Assembly: GCA_902591185.1 (NCBI GenBank)
Contig: CACIZU010000001.1
Coordinates: 14,816-78,815, forward strand
DNA from: an uncultured Pelagibacteraceae bacterium
GTDB lineage: Bacteria; Pseudomonadota; Alphaproteobacteria; Pelagibacterales; Pelagibacteraceae
Length of the DNA: 64,000 nucleotides
Reading direction: 5' to 3'
Under the pieces are notes generated by a model, which was not told the origin of the DNA, made no database searches, and saw only the letters and a list, made by a program, of their open reading frames with translations. The position numbers and the translations under genes are program-made. How positions within the stretch are numbered: position 1 is the stretch's first letter; every line of letters begins with the position of its first letter. Positions 1 through 15,200 of this stretch are shown piece after piece.

Positions 1-93
1 TTTTTAAACGAATGTGTTACTTGAAGACATTATGGTCATATGCTAATTAGAGCGTGATTTTAAAATAATCTTCAACATAACAGAGGTAGCAAG

Positions 94-651
94 TTGAGTA
101 AAAATAAGGGATTTTCAATAACTTCAGCTGAAAGATATTCTTTAGCTTTATATGAACTTGCAAACGAGAGTAATCTTCTTGAACAAGTAGAAGATCAATC
201 TTTATCAATTTTAGATTTAATTTCTTCTAGTAAAGATTTTTCTAACTTAATTAAAGATCCTACTAGTAGCCAAGAAGACTTATTAAAAGTTATCAATAAT
301 ATTTCTGAAAATAATAAATTTGAAAATTTATTAAAAAATTTTCTAAGTTTCTTAATAATTAAAAGAAGGTTTTTTTACGTAGAACAAATTCTAAAGAGTT
401 TTATTGAAACTTGCTCTAAGAAAAGAGGAGAATTAAAAGCTGAACTAAAATCAGCAAAAGAGTTATCCAGTGAAGAAATTACCAAAATTACTGATGAGCT
501 TACTCAAAATTTTAGCTCTAAAATAAAATTAAACTACAAACATGATAAAAGTTTAATAGGAGGCTTAGTAGTCCAAGTTGGAAGTACTATGGTAGACACC
601 TCAATTAAAAATAAATTACAACAAATTGAAAATAGAATGATAGAGGCATAA
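94..651 (+). CDS. atpH: F1 ATP synthase subunit delta
   Basis: RYSLALYELA N-terminus, SLIGGLVVQVGSTMVDTSIK C-terminus; first gene of F1 operon; TTG start after GAGGT. Confidence 0.96.
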   Translation: MSKNKGFSITSAERYSLALYELANESNLLEQVEDQSLSILDLISSSKDFSNLIKDPTSSQEDLLKVINNISENNKFENLLKNFLSFLIIKRRFFYVEQILKSFIETCSKKRGELKAELKSAKELSSEEITKITDELTQNFSSKIKLNYKHDKSLIGGLVVQVGSTMVDTSIKNKLQQIENRMIEA

Positions 652-2187
652 ATGGAAATAAATCCTTCAGAAGTTACAAAGATATTAAAAGAGCAAATTA
701 AAAATTTTGGCGATAAGGCAGAAGTAACAGAAGTTGGCCAAGTATTATCAGTAGGTGATGGTATTGCAAGAATTTATGGTCTTGATAATGTTCAAGCTGG
801 TGAAATGGTTGAGTTTGCTGATGGTTCCAAAGGTATGGCTTTAAACTTAGAAAGTGAAAATGTTGGTGTTGTAATTTTTGGTGATGACAGAAATATCAAA
901 GAAGGTGATGTTGTTAAGAGAACTGGAAATATTGTTGACACACCAGTTGGAAAAGAATTATTAGGAAGAGTTGTTGATGGTTTAGGCAACCCCATTGATG
1001 GCAAAGGTGCGTTAGATAAAAGTGTTCAGAAAAACAGAGTAGAAGTAAAAGCACCAGGAATTATTCCAAGACAATCTGTTAGCGAGCCTATGCAAACAGG
1101 TTTAAAGTCTATTGATAGTTTAGTTCCAATTGGAAGAGGTCAAAGGGAATTGATTATTGGTGATAGACAAACTGGTAAAACAGCAGTTGCAATCGATGCT
1201 ATTATTAACCAGAAAAAAATTAATGAGTCCAGTGATGAAAAACAAAAACTATATTGTGTCTATGTTGCTATTGGTCAAAAAAGATCAACTGTAAGACAAA
1301 TTCAAAAAACTTTAGAGGAAGCCGGTGCTATGGAATATACAACTATTGTTGCTGCAACGGCATCAGATTCAGCTCCTCTTCAATTTTTAGCTCCTTACAC
1401 AGGTTGTACGATGGGTGAATATTTCAGAGATAATGGCATGCATGCTTTAATTATTTATGATGATTTATCTAAGCAAGCTGTTGCTTATAGACAAATGTCT
1501 CTTCTTTTAAGAAGACCCCCTGGACGTGAAGCATATCCAGGAGATGTATTCTACTTACATAGTAGATTACTTGAAAGAGCGGCAAAATTAAGTGATGAAC
1601 ATGGTGGAGGTTCTTTAACAGCACTTCCAATTATTGAAACACAAGGTGGTGATGTTTCTGCATTTATTCCAACTAACGTGATTTCGATCACTGATGGTCA
1701 AATATTCTTAGAAACGGAACTTTTTAACCAAGGGATCAGACCTGCGATTAACGTTGGATTATCAGTTTCTAGGGTTGGATCTTCAGCGCAGACTAAAGCT
1801 ATGAAAAAAGTTTCTGGATCAATGAAGTTAGAGTTAGCTCAATATAGAGAAATGGCAGCTTTTGCTCAATTTGGATCTGATTTAGATGCATCAACCCAGC
1901 AACTTTTAAATAGAGGTTCTAAATTAACTGAGCTTTTAAAACAAAAACAGTATTCTCCAATGACAGTAGCCGAACAAGTTATTTCAGTTTTTTGTGGAGT
2001 GAAAGGATATCTAGACGATATTGAATTAAAAGATATTGCTGAATTTGAAAATAAAATAATTGAGAAATGTAAATCTGATAAACCTGAAATTATCGATTCA
2101 ATTTTAAGCTCAGGTAAACTTGAAGATGACAAAGAGAAGTTGCTTGTTGAAGTAATTACTCAATTGAAAGAAAACTTTAAATCTTAA
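652..2187 (+). CDS. atpA: F1 ATP synthase subunit alpha
   Basis: GDRQTGKT Walker [25 protein letters not shown]. Confidence 0.99.
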   Translation: MEINPSEVTKILKEQIKNFGDKAEVTEVGQVLSVGDGIARIYGLDNVQAGEMVEFADGSKGMALNLESENVGVVIFGDDRNIKEGDVVKRTGNIVDTPVGKELLGRVVDGLGNPIDGKGALDKSVQKNRVEVKAPGIIPRQSVSEPMQTGLKSIDSLVPIGRGQRELIIGDRQTGKTAVAIDAIINQKKINESSDEKQKLYCVYVAIGQKRSTVRQIQKTLEEAGAMEYTTIVAATASDSAPLQFLAPYTGCTMGEYFRDNGMHALIIYDDLSKQAVAYRQMSLLLRRPPGREAYPGDVFYLHSRLLERAAKLSDEHGGGSLTALPIIETQGGDVSAFIPTNVISITDGQIFLETELFNQGIRPAINVGLSVSRVGSSAQTKAMKKVSGSMKLELAQYREMAAFAQFGSDLDASTQQLLNRGSKLTELLKQKQYSPMTVAEQVISVFCGVKGYLDDIELKDIAEFENKIIEKCKSDKPEIIDSILSSGKLEDDKEKLLVEVITQLKENFKS

Positions 2188-2193
2188 TAAACT

Positions 2194-4489
<2,296 letters not shown>

Positions 4490-4490
<1 letters not shown>

Positions 4491-4882
4491 TGAGTGAAGA
4501 ATTTAAAGTTGAAATAGTAAATCCAGAAAAATCTTTTTTGGTTAAAGAAGATGTTTTAGAAGTTGTAGTGCCTGCTTTTGAAGGAGAGATGGGAATACTT
4601 AAAGATCATATTTCTATTATTTCTTTTTTAAAGCCAGGTATAATTAAAATTTTATCAAAATCAGGTGATGAAAATTTTTATGTGGAAGATGGAATTGTTG
4701 AATTTAAAAATAACAATCTATCAATTTTAACTAGCTCAATATTCAATCTTACTGATCTAGATAAATCTAAACAACAAGATTTATTAAAGCAAGCTGAAGA
4801 AGAAGCAAGTAAACCAGAAATTAATGATCAATTTAAATATTTAGTTGATCAAAAAATTGAAGTATTAAGATCTCTTAATTAA
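4490..4882 (+). CDS. atpC: F1 ATP synthase subunit epsilon
   Basis: EIVNPEK, GEMGILKDH motifs; follows atpD with TAATG overlap. Confidence 0.95.
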
Positions 4883-5351
4883 TAATTTTTTTAACTTTTT
4901 CTTTAAGTTCTTTGTATACATGCAGCTTGAAGTCAACGACTACTTCTGTAATTTGATCAAGATCTATCCATTTCCAATCTAAAAATTCTGGATTTTTTGT
5001 TTTAATATCTATTTCTTTATCTTCCCCAACAAATCTCATTAAAAACCACTTTTGTTTTTGGCCTCTGAATTTACCTTTCCAAATAATTCCTATTAAATGA
5101 TCTGGAAGTTCGTATGTAATTGTGCCATCTAGTTCTTTGATTAATTCTACATTTTTGATACTAGTTTCTTCATCTAGCTCTCTATAAGCTGCTTTTAAAA
5201 AATCTTCACCCTCATCAATACCACCTTGAGGCATCTGCCAAAAATTTTTTGGATTATCTATTCTTTTAGCAACTAAAACTTTATTGTCTTTATTTAAAAC
5301 TATAATTCCAACACCGCTTCTAAGCGGCAAATTGCTAAAATCTTTTTTCAT
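4875..5351 (-). CDS. rppH: RNA pyrophosphohydrolase (Nudix)
   Basis: WQMPQGGIDEGE..AAYRELDEET Nudix box and GQKQKWF. Confidence 0.93.
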   Translation of the reverse strand: MKKDFSNLPLRSGVGIIVLNKDNKVLVAKRIDNPKNFWQMPQGGIDEGEDFLKAAYRELDEETSIKNVELIKELDGTITYELPDHLIGIIWKGKFRGQKQKWFLMRFVGEDKEIDIKTKNPEFLDWKWIDLDQITEVVVDFKLHVYKELKEKVKKIIN

Positions 5352-5352
5352 A

Positions 5353-6492
5353 TTATCCGTTAAGCAATTTAATAGCGTAATTTAGCTGATTATCAGTATC
5401 AGTTTTAATTTTAAAATCATCGCCTTCTTCATTAATTTCAATATCTGGTCTTACTCCAACTTCCGAGATTGATTTACCTGAAGGTAAGTAGTATTTAGCA
5501 ACTGTTATTCGTATTGCCCCTTTATTTTTTAAAGGAATTATAGATTGTACCGATCCTTTTCCGTAACTATTTTCACCAAGAATAATTGCTCTTTTATTAT
5601 CTTTTAGAGCACCAGCTACAATTTCAGAAGCAGATGCTGAACCATAATTTATCAAAACTAACAAAGTTTTGCCTTCTGTAATGTCACCTTTTTTTGCAAA
5701 CCATTTTCTATTTTCTGATTTTTTTCTACTCTTCGTTGATACTATTTCACCATTCTCTAGAAAAAAATCTGAAATCTTAATTGCCTGAGATAATAATCCA
5801 CCAGGATTATTTCTTAAATCTAGAATGAATGCATTTACATTCTCATTTTTCTTTAATTTTTCAACTTGTTTTTTTATTTGTTGGCTACTGTTATCATTAA
5901 ATGAAGTTATCCTAATATATCCAATGTTATTATCTAAAAGATCAGATTTAACAGATTTGATTTCAATAATTTTTCTAATTATATTAAACGTTAAAGCTTT
6001 TTTAACTCCTCTTCTTCTTACAGTAAGTTCTATGCCAGAATCAACGGGACCTCTCATTAAATCAACCGCTTCACTTAATGATTTACCTTGGACTTGAATA
6101 TTATTAATTTTTACAATGTAATCTCCAGCCTTTATGCCTGCTTTTGATGCAGGAGTATCATCAATTGGAGAAATTACTTTTACAACACCAGCTTCCATAC
6201 TTACTTCAATTCCAAGACCACCAAATTCACCACTAGTTTCAGTTTGCATTTCTTCAAAAATTTCAGGAGACATATATGCTGAATATGGATCAAGTGATTG
6301 AAGAAGACCATTAATAGCTGAGTCCATACTTTCAGATTGATTAATTTCTTCGACATATTCTTTATTTATTTTTTCAAGCACTTCTCCAAAAAGATCAATT
6401 TTTTTATAAATATCAATTTCAGCTGAATTCGCTTTTTGTATAAAATACAAAGGAGTAAAAAAAATTATTAAATAAAGTTGAATTTTTTTCAT
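5353..6492 (-). CDS. ctpA: Carboxyl-terminal processing protease (S41, PDZ)
   Basis: LDPYS, GLGIEV PDZ, DLRNNPGGLL, SASASEI, GKGSVQ; start moved to ATG 6492, which overlaps the rsfS stop (ATGA) and begins a signal peptide. Confidence 0.93.
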   Translation of the reverse strand: MKKIQLYLIIFFTPLYFIQKANSAEIDIYKKIDLFGEVLEKINKEYVEEINQSESMDSAINGLLQSLDPYSAYMSPEIFEEMQTETSGEFGGLGIEVSMEAGVVKVISPIDDTPASKAGIKAGDYIVKINNIQVQGKSLSEAVDLMRGPVDSGIELTVRRRGVKKALTFNIIRKIIEIKSVKSDLLDNNIGYIRITSFNDNSSQQIKKQVEKLKKNENVNAFILDLRNNPGGLLSQAIKISDFFLENGEIVSTKSRKKSENRKWFAKKGDITEGKTLLVLINYGSASASEIVAGALKDNKRAIILGENSYGKGSVQSIIPLKNKGAIRITVAKYYLPSGKSISEVGVRPDIEINEEGDDFKIKTDTDNQLNYAIKLLNG

Positions 6493-6839
6493 ATAATAAT
6501 TTTTTCTTTTGGTATTAGTTCTGACCAAATTTTTTCAAGTTCATAAAACTTACGTTTTTCAGGGTGAAAAATATGTACTATCAAGTCTATTCCATCGACT
6601 AGTTTCCATTCACTGCTTTCTTTACCTTCTATTTTAGAGTCTTTAACCCCATTATCTTTAAGTTTCTCTAAAACTTGCTCTGATAAAGATTGAATATGTC
6701 GTGATGATGTTCCACTTGCTATAATCATATAATCAGCCATTGAACTTTTGTCTTTAAGGTCAATGGTTACAATATCTTGTGCTTTATTAAGATCTAATAT
6801 GCTAATTACTGCTTTTTTGAGATCTGAAATTTTATCCAT
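6489..6839 (-). CDS. rsfS: Ribosome silencing factor (Iojap)
   Basis: KAQDIVTIDL, ADYMIIASGTSSRH, IVHIF..RKFYELEKIW; follows nadD. Confidence 0.95.
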   Translation of the reverse strand: MDKISDLKKAVISILDLNKAQDIVTIDLKDKSSMADYMIIASGTSSRHIQSLSEQVLEKLKDNGVKDSKIEGKESSEWKLVDGIDLIVHIFHPEKRKFYELEKIWSELIPKEKIII

Positions 6840-6856
6840 TAATTAAATTTAGACTA

Positions 6857-7378
6857 TCAAATTTTTCTTAATTGAGAAGATGAAATGTTGACTTTTTTAA
6901 ACTCTACAAATGTAAGAATGCTTTTGTTTAGTTTCCTAAATGTCTTTGATTTTAATGAATTTTTTTTGTATCCATGACGATCGAAAACAAGAATATTACA
7001 TTTTTGTGAAATAGATTTTGATTTATGCCACTTATGAAATGTAATTAAGTTATCTGCTCCCATTAAAAAGTAAATTTCTATATCCTTATTTTTTTTAAAA
7101 TAATTTATTAAATCAATCGTTTTATTTGATTTAATAATATTCTCATAAAATTTAACTTTTATAAAAGAATTCAAGCCAATAATTTTTTTACAATCTTTAA
7201 TTCGCTTAGATACAGGGGTTTTACTTTCTACTTTAAAAGGATTTTTTTTAGTTAGTGCCCAGATAATTTTTTTTAGATCAAATCGTTTTTTTGCTTCTTT
7301 TGAGATTGCTAAATGACCTTTGTGTGCAGGGTCAAACGATCCACCCAATATTCCAATCTTAATTTTTTTATTGTTCAA
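6857..7378 (-). CDS. nadD: Nicotinate-nucleotide adenylyltransferase
   Basis: GGSFDPAHKGH, MGADNL, ISSSQLR; TTG start. Confidence 0.92.
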   Translation of the reverse strand: MNNKKIKIGILGGSFDPAHKGHLAISKEAKKRFDLKKIIWALTKKNPFKVESKTPVSKRIKDCKKIIGLNSFIKVKFYENIIKSNKTIDLINYFKKNKDIEIYFLMGADNLITFHKWHKSKSISQKCNILVFDRHGYKKNSLKSKTFRKLNKSILTFVEFKKVNISSSQLRKI

Positions 7379-7379
7379 T

Positions 7380-8630
7380 TTAGTCTCTTATTTTTCCTCT
7401 ACTTGAAATTTCATATTTAAATGAAACCAATTGTTTTAAACCAACGGGACCCCTTGGTGGAAGTGTATTTGTGGAAATGCCTACCTCGCCACCAAAACCA
7501 AATTCACCACCATCAGCAAACTGAGTTGAAGTATTATGCATTGCAATTGAACTTTTGACATTTTTTAAAAATTTCATTGCAGTTTTTTTATTTTTAGTAA
7601 TGATCGAGTCAGTATGCATAGTTCCATATTTGTTTATGTGATCAATAGCCTCCGCAGAACTTTTAACAACTTTAACAGACACAGCAGCTGCCAAATATTC
7701 TTTGGCCCAATCTTTTTCTTTCGCAGGATATATTTTGCCTTTGTAGTATTTTTTTAAAATATTATCTCCATATATTTTACAATTTTTATCTTCAAGTTTC
7801 TTTAAAATAGGATTACAAAAATTTTTAACTATTTTTTCATGAATTAGAATAGTCTCGGTTGCACCACAAATACTAGTGTTTCTTAACTTTGCATTATAAA
7901 TAATATTTGATGCCATATTTAATTCAGCATCTTTATCTACAAAGGTATGACAAAGACCTTCTAAGTGCCCAATGATAGGAACTTTTGAAAATTCTTGAAC
8001 TCTTTTGACTAAGTTTTTTCCTCCTCGAGGAATTATTACATCAATATATTTTTTCATTTTTGAAAGCATTATATCCACCATTTTTCTCTCTTTAGAGTCT
8101 ATGAATTGAATATAATTTTCATCAACTTTATTTTTTTTGAGAGCTTGTCGAAATAATTTTGCTAAAATTCTATTGGTGTTTATAGCTTCAGATCCACCTT
8201 TTAGAATAACAGCATTTCCAGACTTAAAACATAAACCTGCTACATCTGAAGTAACATTAGGTCTGCTCTCATAAATCACTCCAATAACACCTATTGGTAT
8301 TGATACTCTTTTAATATTTAATCCATTAGGTCTACTCCATTTTTCTAAAGTAACATTTACAGGGTCTTTAAGTTTTGAAATTTTTTTAATAGAATCTTTG
8401 ATATCTTTTAATTTTACTTCATTAATACGAAGTCTATTAATTATATTTTCTTTTAATCCTTTTTTTTCAGCAAATTTAACATCTTTATTATTTTGTCTTA
8501 GAATAGATTTTTTTTCTTTATCAAGTAATAGAGCATATGTATTTAAAACTTTATTTTTTTTATCAGTATTAACTTTTCTTTCAGATGCTTTTTTACTTTT
8601 GATACCAATTAAATTCATAAATTTATTCAT
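7380..8630 (-). CDS. proA: Gamma-glutamyl phosphate reductase
   Basis: IYESRPNVT, KSGNAVILKGGSEA, NTSTQFADGGEFGFGGEVGIST. Confidence 0.97.
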   Translation of the reverse strand: MNKFMNLIGIKSKKASERKVNTDKKNKVLNTYALLLDKEKKSILRQNNKDVKFAEKKGLKENIINRLRINEVKLKDIKDSIKKISKLKDPVNVTLEKWSRPNGLNIKRVSIPIGVIGVIYESRPNVTSDVAGLCFKSGNAVILKGGSEAINTNRILAKLFRQALKKNKVDENYIQFIDSKERKMVDIMLSKMKKYIDVIIPRGGKNLVKRVQEFSKVPIIGHLEGLCHTFVDKDAELNMASNIIYNAKLRNTSICGATETILIHEKIVKNFCNPILKKLEDKNCKIYGDNILKKYYKGKIYPAKEKDWAKEYLAAAVSVKVVKSSAEAIDHINKYGTMHTDSIITKNKKTAMKFLKNVKSSIAMHNTSTQFADGGEFGFGGEVGISTNTLPPRGPVGLKQLVSFKYEISSRGKIRD

Positions 8631-8631
8631 T

Positions 8632-10735
<2,104 letters not shown>

Positions 10736-10738
10736 CTA

Positions 10739-10993
10739 TTAATTGGGTTTTACTGAAACGAAAGTTCTATCTGATTTAGATTTCTTGAATACAACTTTAC
10801 CTTTTACAACTGAAAAAATTGAATGATCTTTACCCATTCCCACATTTTCACCAGGAAAAATTTTAGTTCCTCTTTGTCTTACAATTATATTTCCAGGTAT
10901 TACTGTTTCGCCACCGTACTTTTTAACACCAAGTCTTCGTCCAGCACTATCTCGTCCGTTTCTCGATGATCCACCTGCTTTTTTTGTTGCCAT
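10739..10993 (-). CDS. rpmA: 50S ribosomal protein L27
   Basis: [31 protein letters not shown]. Confidence 0.99.
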   Translation of the reverse strand: MATKKAGGSSRNGRDSAGRRLGVKKYGGETVIPGNIIVRQRGTKIFPGENVGMGKDHSIFSVVKGKVVFKKSKSDRTFVSVKPN

Positions 10994-11005
10994 AACTTAC
11001 CTAGT

Positions 11006-11419
11006 TTATTTTTTTGTCGCTTCTATTTTTGTTTTGACTTTAGCCTCAACCTTTTTAGTTGGTTTAACTATTTTTTCTGCTTCAGATAAAATTTTACCAT
11101 CTTTTGAAAAAATTTTGTTAATTCTAATTATTGTATGTTCTTGTCTATGACCATTTTTTCTTCTTGAATTATGTCTTCTTCTCTTTTTGAAGATTAAGAT
11201 AGTTCTATCTTTACCATTTTTAATTAAATCAGCTTCTACTTTAGCACCTCCAACATTTGGAGTGCCTATTTCTATAGATTTATCATCTCCATATGCAAGT
11301 ATTTCATTGAATTCTATTTTAGATTCAGATTTTGAATCTGGTAGCTTTTCAATTTTCAGGATTTCTCCAGATTTGACTTTATACTGTTTTCCACCTGTTT
11401 TTATTACTGCGTATGACAT
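11006..11419 (-). CDS. rplU: 50S ribosomal protein L21 (Lys-rich C-terminal extension)
   Basis: YAVIKTGGKQYKV, FKKRRR..GHRQ. Confidence 0.98.
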   Translation of the reverse strand: MSYAVIKTGGKQYKVKSGEILKIEKLPDSKSESKIEFNEILAYGDDKSIEIGTPNVGGAKVEADLIKNGKDRTILIFKKRRRHNSRRKNGHRQEHTIIRINKIFSKDGKILSEAEKIVKPTKKVEAKVKTKIEATKK

Positions 11420-11446
11420 AGTATGAGTTTAAATTTAAGTTACCGC

Positions 11447-11474
11447 AATATAGTTGTAGCAAGGTTATAGTCAA
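11447..11474 (-). promoter_or_regulatory. Putative promoter of rplU-rpmA-obgE
   Basis: Minus strand TTGACT-N16-TATATT upstream of rplU. Confidence 0.5.
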
Positions 11475-11484
11475 GTCGAATTAA

Positions 11485-12216
11485 TTAGAAATTATCCTTT
11501 AAATCTCTCAATTTTGAAAAGGATTCGACGTTTTTTACTCTTAAAAATATATTGCATTCCAGTTCATCTTTTAGAATAGATGGAATTGTAGGTAGGTTAT
11601 TTGCAAGTTTTTCTTTAATTATTGATATTTTATTTTTTAGATTTAAATTTTCAGAATCATGCTTAATGCAAAATTTAGAATTTTGAAGTGTATATTCATG
11701 TCCACAATAAATTTTAGTATCTTCAGGTAGATTTTTTATCTTATTTAAAGAAGTAAACATTTCTTGATAAGTACCTTCAAAAATTTTGCCACAACCAAGT
11801 GAGAACAGTGTATCTCCAGTAAAAATTAGCTTATGATTAAAAAAATAAAAACTAATATGGCCAGTTGTATGTCCAGGAATGTGAATAATTTTTGCTTCAA
11901 AATTATCAGCTTTCCAAACCTGATTATCTTTAACTAAAATGTCAATTTCAGGAATTCTATTAGCATCATCTTTATAACCAACTACTATTGAATTGTATTT
12001 CTTCTTTAGGTCTTTGTTGCCTCCAATATGATCAAAATGATGATGTGTATTTAGAATATATTTTAAACTTATATTATTTTTTTCTATAAAATTTATAATC
12101 GGTTCAGCTTCACTAGGATCAATAACGCATGCAGTATTATTAATATCATCAATTACTAAATAACTATAATTGTCTTGTAAACATGGAATTATCTCAACTC
12201 TCATATTATTTTTCAA
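11485..12216 (-). CDS. gloB: Hydroxyacylglutathione hydrolase (glyoxalase II)
   Basis: DNYSY, THHHFDHIGG, PGHT, FTGDTLF, CGHEYT. Confidence 0.96.
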   Translation of the reverse strand: MKNNMRVEIIPCLQDNYSYLVIDDINNTACVIDPSEAEPIINFIEKNNISLKYILNTHHHFDHIGGNKDLKKKYNSIVVGYKDDANRIPEIDILVKDNQVWKADNFEAKIIHIPGHTTGHISFYFFNHKLIFTGDTLFSLGCGKIFEGTYQEMFTSLNKIKNLPEDTKIYCGHEYTLQNSKFCIKHDSENLNLKNKISIIKEKLANNLPTIPSILKDELECNIFLRVKNVESFSKLRDLKDNF

Positions 12217-12802
12217 TTAAAAATATACCCAGATCAGCAAACCAGTTTTTAATACCTAGATTGGTGTTATTAATTAATGAAACGTTCTGATTATTAAGAG
12301 CTAAGGATTTAAATATTTTAAAATTTCTAGATTTTACAAAATGAACAAAATCTTTAATTGTGCACATATGTAAATTTGGAGTGTTATACCATTCATCTGG
12401 TAGGGTTTTAGTTATAGGCATTGTGCCTTTCGTTAATAAGTGTAATCTTACTTTCCAATAACCAAAATTTGGAATAGTTACAACTGCTTTTTTGCCGACT
12501 CTTAATAATTCATTTATTACGAGTTCAGGATTCAAAAAAGCCTGAAGTGTTTGACTCAAAATAACGTAGTCAAAAGCCTTATCAGGAAACTGTTTTAAGT
12601 CTTTTTCAGCATTTCCTTCAATGACTGTTAAACCTTTTGCTATACATTTTTGTACTTGATCTTTTGAAATTTCTAATCCTCTAATATTTATATTTTTATT
12701 ATCTTTTAAGAATTTCATAAGAGTGCCATCTGAACAACCCACATCTAAAACTCTTTTATCTTTTTCAATTAAATCAGCAATAACTTTGAATTCATTTTTC
12801 AT
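12206..12802 (-). CDS. metW: Methionine biosynthesis protein MetW
   Basis: VLDVGC SAM-binding motif, LSQTLQA, WYNTPNLH; directly follows metX. Confidence 0.94.
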   Translation of the reverse strand: MKNEFKVIADLIEKDKRVLDVGCSDGTLMKFLKDNKNINIRGLEISKDQVQKCIAKGLTVIEGNAEKDLKQFPDKAFDYVILSQTLQAFLNPELVINELLRVGKKAVVTIPNFGYWKVRLHLLTKGTMPITKTLPDEWYNTPNLHMCTIKDFVHFVKSRNFKIFKSLALNNQNVSLINNTNLGIKNWFADLGIFLIEK

Positions 12803-12804
12803 AA

Positions 12805-13923
12805 TTAATTTTCTGTATAAGATTTATCTAAAAAGTTTTTAAGTGCATTTAAAAAGTCTGGAACATCAAGCAAGAAAGAGTCATGTCCTTTATCTGATTT
12901 AATTTCAACAAAACCAACATCAACACCAATTGCATTTAAGGCAATTACTATATCTTTATTTTCTTGAGTTGGATAAAGCCAATCTGAAGTAAAAGATATT
13001 ATGAAAAATCTAGCTTTAGTTTCTTTAAAAGCATCTGATAAATTACCTTTAAATTTTCTGGGTAAATCGAAATAATCCATAGCTCTTGTAATATAAAGGT
13101 AACTATTTGCATCAAATCTATCTACAAAAACTGATCCTTGATATCTTAAGTAACTTTCAATTTGAAAATCTGCATCAAAACTAAATTTTAGATCTTCTCT
13201 TTCTTGTAATTTTCTACCAAATTTTTCTTGTAGACCTTTCTTTGAAAGATAAGTTATATGAGCAGCCATTCTTGCAACAGCTAATCCTTTATTTGGGTTG
13301 GTATCTTTTGATATATAATTTCCTTCATTCCAATTGCTATCGGCAGCGATTGCTTGTCTACCAAGTTCATTTAAAGCAATATTTTGTGCTGAGTGACTAG
13401 ATGTACAAGCTATTGGAATTGCAGTTTTAGTTTTTTCTGGGAAATTACTAACAAATTGAAGAACTTGCATACCTCCCATTGATCCTCCAGCAACTGAAAA
13501 AAGTTTATTAATACCAAAATGATCAAGTAAATTTTCCTGAGCATTAACCATATCATTAATAGTAATTACTGGAAAATTTGTTCCAAAAACTTTTTGTGTA
13601 TTAGGGTCTTTGTGGCTTGGTCCATATGACCCCATACATCCACCAATAACATTTGAACAAATTACAAAATATTTATTAGTATCAATTGCTTTATCAGGAC
13701 CTACAGCGTAAGACCACCAGCCATCTTTATTTGTAATTGGATTTGTTCCAGTAACAAATTGGTCACCTGTTAATGCATGAAAAACTAAAATAGCGTTATC
13801 TTTTTTTTCATTTAAAGATCCATAAGTTTCATATGCAATTGGGTAATTGTTAATAGTTTTTCCACAATCCAATTGAAGTGGTTTTTTGACTATTAGAGTT
13901 TTTATATTTTTATTAGTATTCAT
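12805..13923 (-). CDS. metX: Homoserine O-acyltransferase
   Basis: HALTGD, GGSMGGM nucleophile elbow, RFDANSY, GHDSFL. Confidence 0.96.
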   Translation of the reverse strand: MNTNKNIKTLIVKKPLQLDCGKTINNYPIAYETYGSLNEKKDNAILVFHALTGDQFVTGTNPITNKDGWWSYAVGPDKAIDTNKYFVICSNVIGGCMGSYGPSHKDPNTQKVFGTNFPVITINDMVNAQENLLDHFGINKLFSVAGGSMGGMQVLQFVSNFPEKTKTAIPIACTSSHSAQNIALNELGRQAIAADSNWNEGNYISKDTNPNKGLAVARMAAHITYLSKKGLQEKFGRKLQEREDLKFSFDADFQIESYLRYQGSVFVDRFDANSYLYITRAMDYFDLPRKFKGNLSDAFKETKARFFIISFTSDWLYPTQENKDIVIALNAIGVDVGFVEIKSDKGHDSFLLDVPDFLNALKNFLDKSYTEN

Positions 13924-13957
13924 ATAAAAGCCGTTATTTGAATTGAGAGAAAAAAAA

Positions 13958-14008
13958 CTATTTTAGCGGTTTTTTTTAAGCGCTCGCAATTCAGTTAAAT
14001 CAGCGCAC
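13958..14008 (-). ncRNA. SAM-II riboswitch
   Basis: Minus strand GUGCGCUGAUUUAACUGAAUUGCGAGCGCUUAAAAAAAACCGCUAAAAUAG matches the SAM-II pseudoknot pattern (P1 GCGCU/AGCGC, GAUUU loop, UUGC, 3' GCUAAA), upstream of metX. Confidence 0.92.
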
Positions 14009-14012
14009 GGAT

Positions 14013-14041
14013 TTTGTACAAGAAGTTATTTATTATGTCAA
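14013..14041 (-). promoter_or_regulatory. sigma70 promoter of metX leader
   Basis: Minus strand TTGACA-N17-TACAAA, ending a few nt before the riboswitch 5' end. Confidence 0.65.
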
Positions 14042-14114
14042 TTTTTTTAAAAAATGTCTTATTCTGTATAAAAATTTATATTTTTATCTATAAAGAGCTC
14101 ATAAATTAAAAAAT

Positions 14115-15200
14115 ATGACAACTCCAAATTTCAAAAAATTTAATATCGAGGCTTATAAGCCTGGTAAATCAAAAGTTAAAAGACTAAAAAAAGTAATAAA
14201 GTTATCAGCAAATGAATCTGCTTTGGGCATGAGCCCAAAAGCCAAGAGAATTATATCAAATAAAAAATTAGTTTTAGATAAGTATCCTGATGGAAAATCT
14301 CAAAATTTAAGGAAAGCAATATCTAATGCTTACAAATGTAATCCAGAGAAAGTTATTTGTGGAGCAGGTTCGGATGAAGTTATTCAGATGATCTGTCAAT
14401 TATTTTTGAATCCAAAAGATGAGGTTGTACTACCAGAGTATAGTTTTTTAATGTACAGAATTTATTCAAAAATTGTTGGTGCAAAAGTCATATTTGCAAA
14501 GGAAAGCAATTTTAAAGTTTCTGTTAAAGATATTTTAAAAAAAATTACAAAGAAAACTAAAATTGTGTTTATAGCTAATCCAAATAATCCAACTGGAACT
14601 TACTTAACAAAAAAAGAGTTATTGGGATTAAGAAAAAGATTAAATAAAAAGATTTTATTAGTTATCGATGATGCTTACGCAGAATATATGAAAAATAAAG
14701 ATTATTCTTCAGGTTTAGATTTGTTTAAAAATAAGAACAATGTTTTTATCCTTAGAACATTTTCTAAAATGTTTGGGTTAGCTTCTTTAAGAGTAGGTTG
14801 GGGGTATGGATCAAAAAAAATAGTATATGCGCTAAATGTAATAAAGCCCCCTTTTAATGTAAATGGTATTGCACAATTAGCTGCAGCTGAGTCACTTAAA
14901 GATAAAAAATTTATTAACAAATCAATTAAGCATAATTTATTTTATGCAAGAAATATTAAAAAATTTCTTGAAAGATATAATATTTATTCAAATTCAGTTT
15001 CTGCAAATTTTCTGTTACTTAACTTTGAAAAATGTAAGTATTCAGCAAAATATTTATATGAAAAACTAAAAAAAAAAGGAATTATATTGAGATCAACTGA
15101 AGATGGTTACCACATAAAAAATAAATTAAGATTAACTATTGGATCTAAAAAAGAAAATTTAAAATTTATGAGTACAGTTAAACAGGTATTAAAAAAATGA
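14115..15200 (+). CDS. hisC: Histidinol-phosphate aminotransferase
   Basis: KLSANE, GAGSDE, NPNNPTG, RTFSKMFGLASLRVGW. Confidence 0.95.
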   Translation: MTTPNFKKFNIEAYKPGKSKVKRLKKVIKLSANESALGMSPKAKRIISNKKLVLDKYPDGKSQNLRKAISNAYKCNPEKVICGAGSDEVIQMICQLFLNPKDEVVLPEYSFLMYRIYSKIVGAKVIFAKESNFKVSVKDILKKITKKTKIVFIANPNNPTGTYLTKKELLGLRKRLNKKILLVIDDAYAEYMKNKDYSSGLDLFKNKNNVFILRTFSKMFGLASLRVGWGYGSKKIVYALNVIKPPFNVNGIAQLAAAESLKDKKFINKSIKHNLFYARNIKKFLERYNIYSNSVSANFLLLNFEKCKYSAKYLYEKLKKKGIILRSTEDGYHIKNKLRLTIGSKKENLKFMSTVKQVLKK

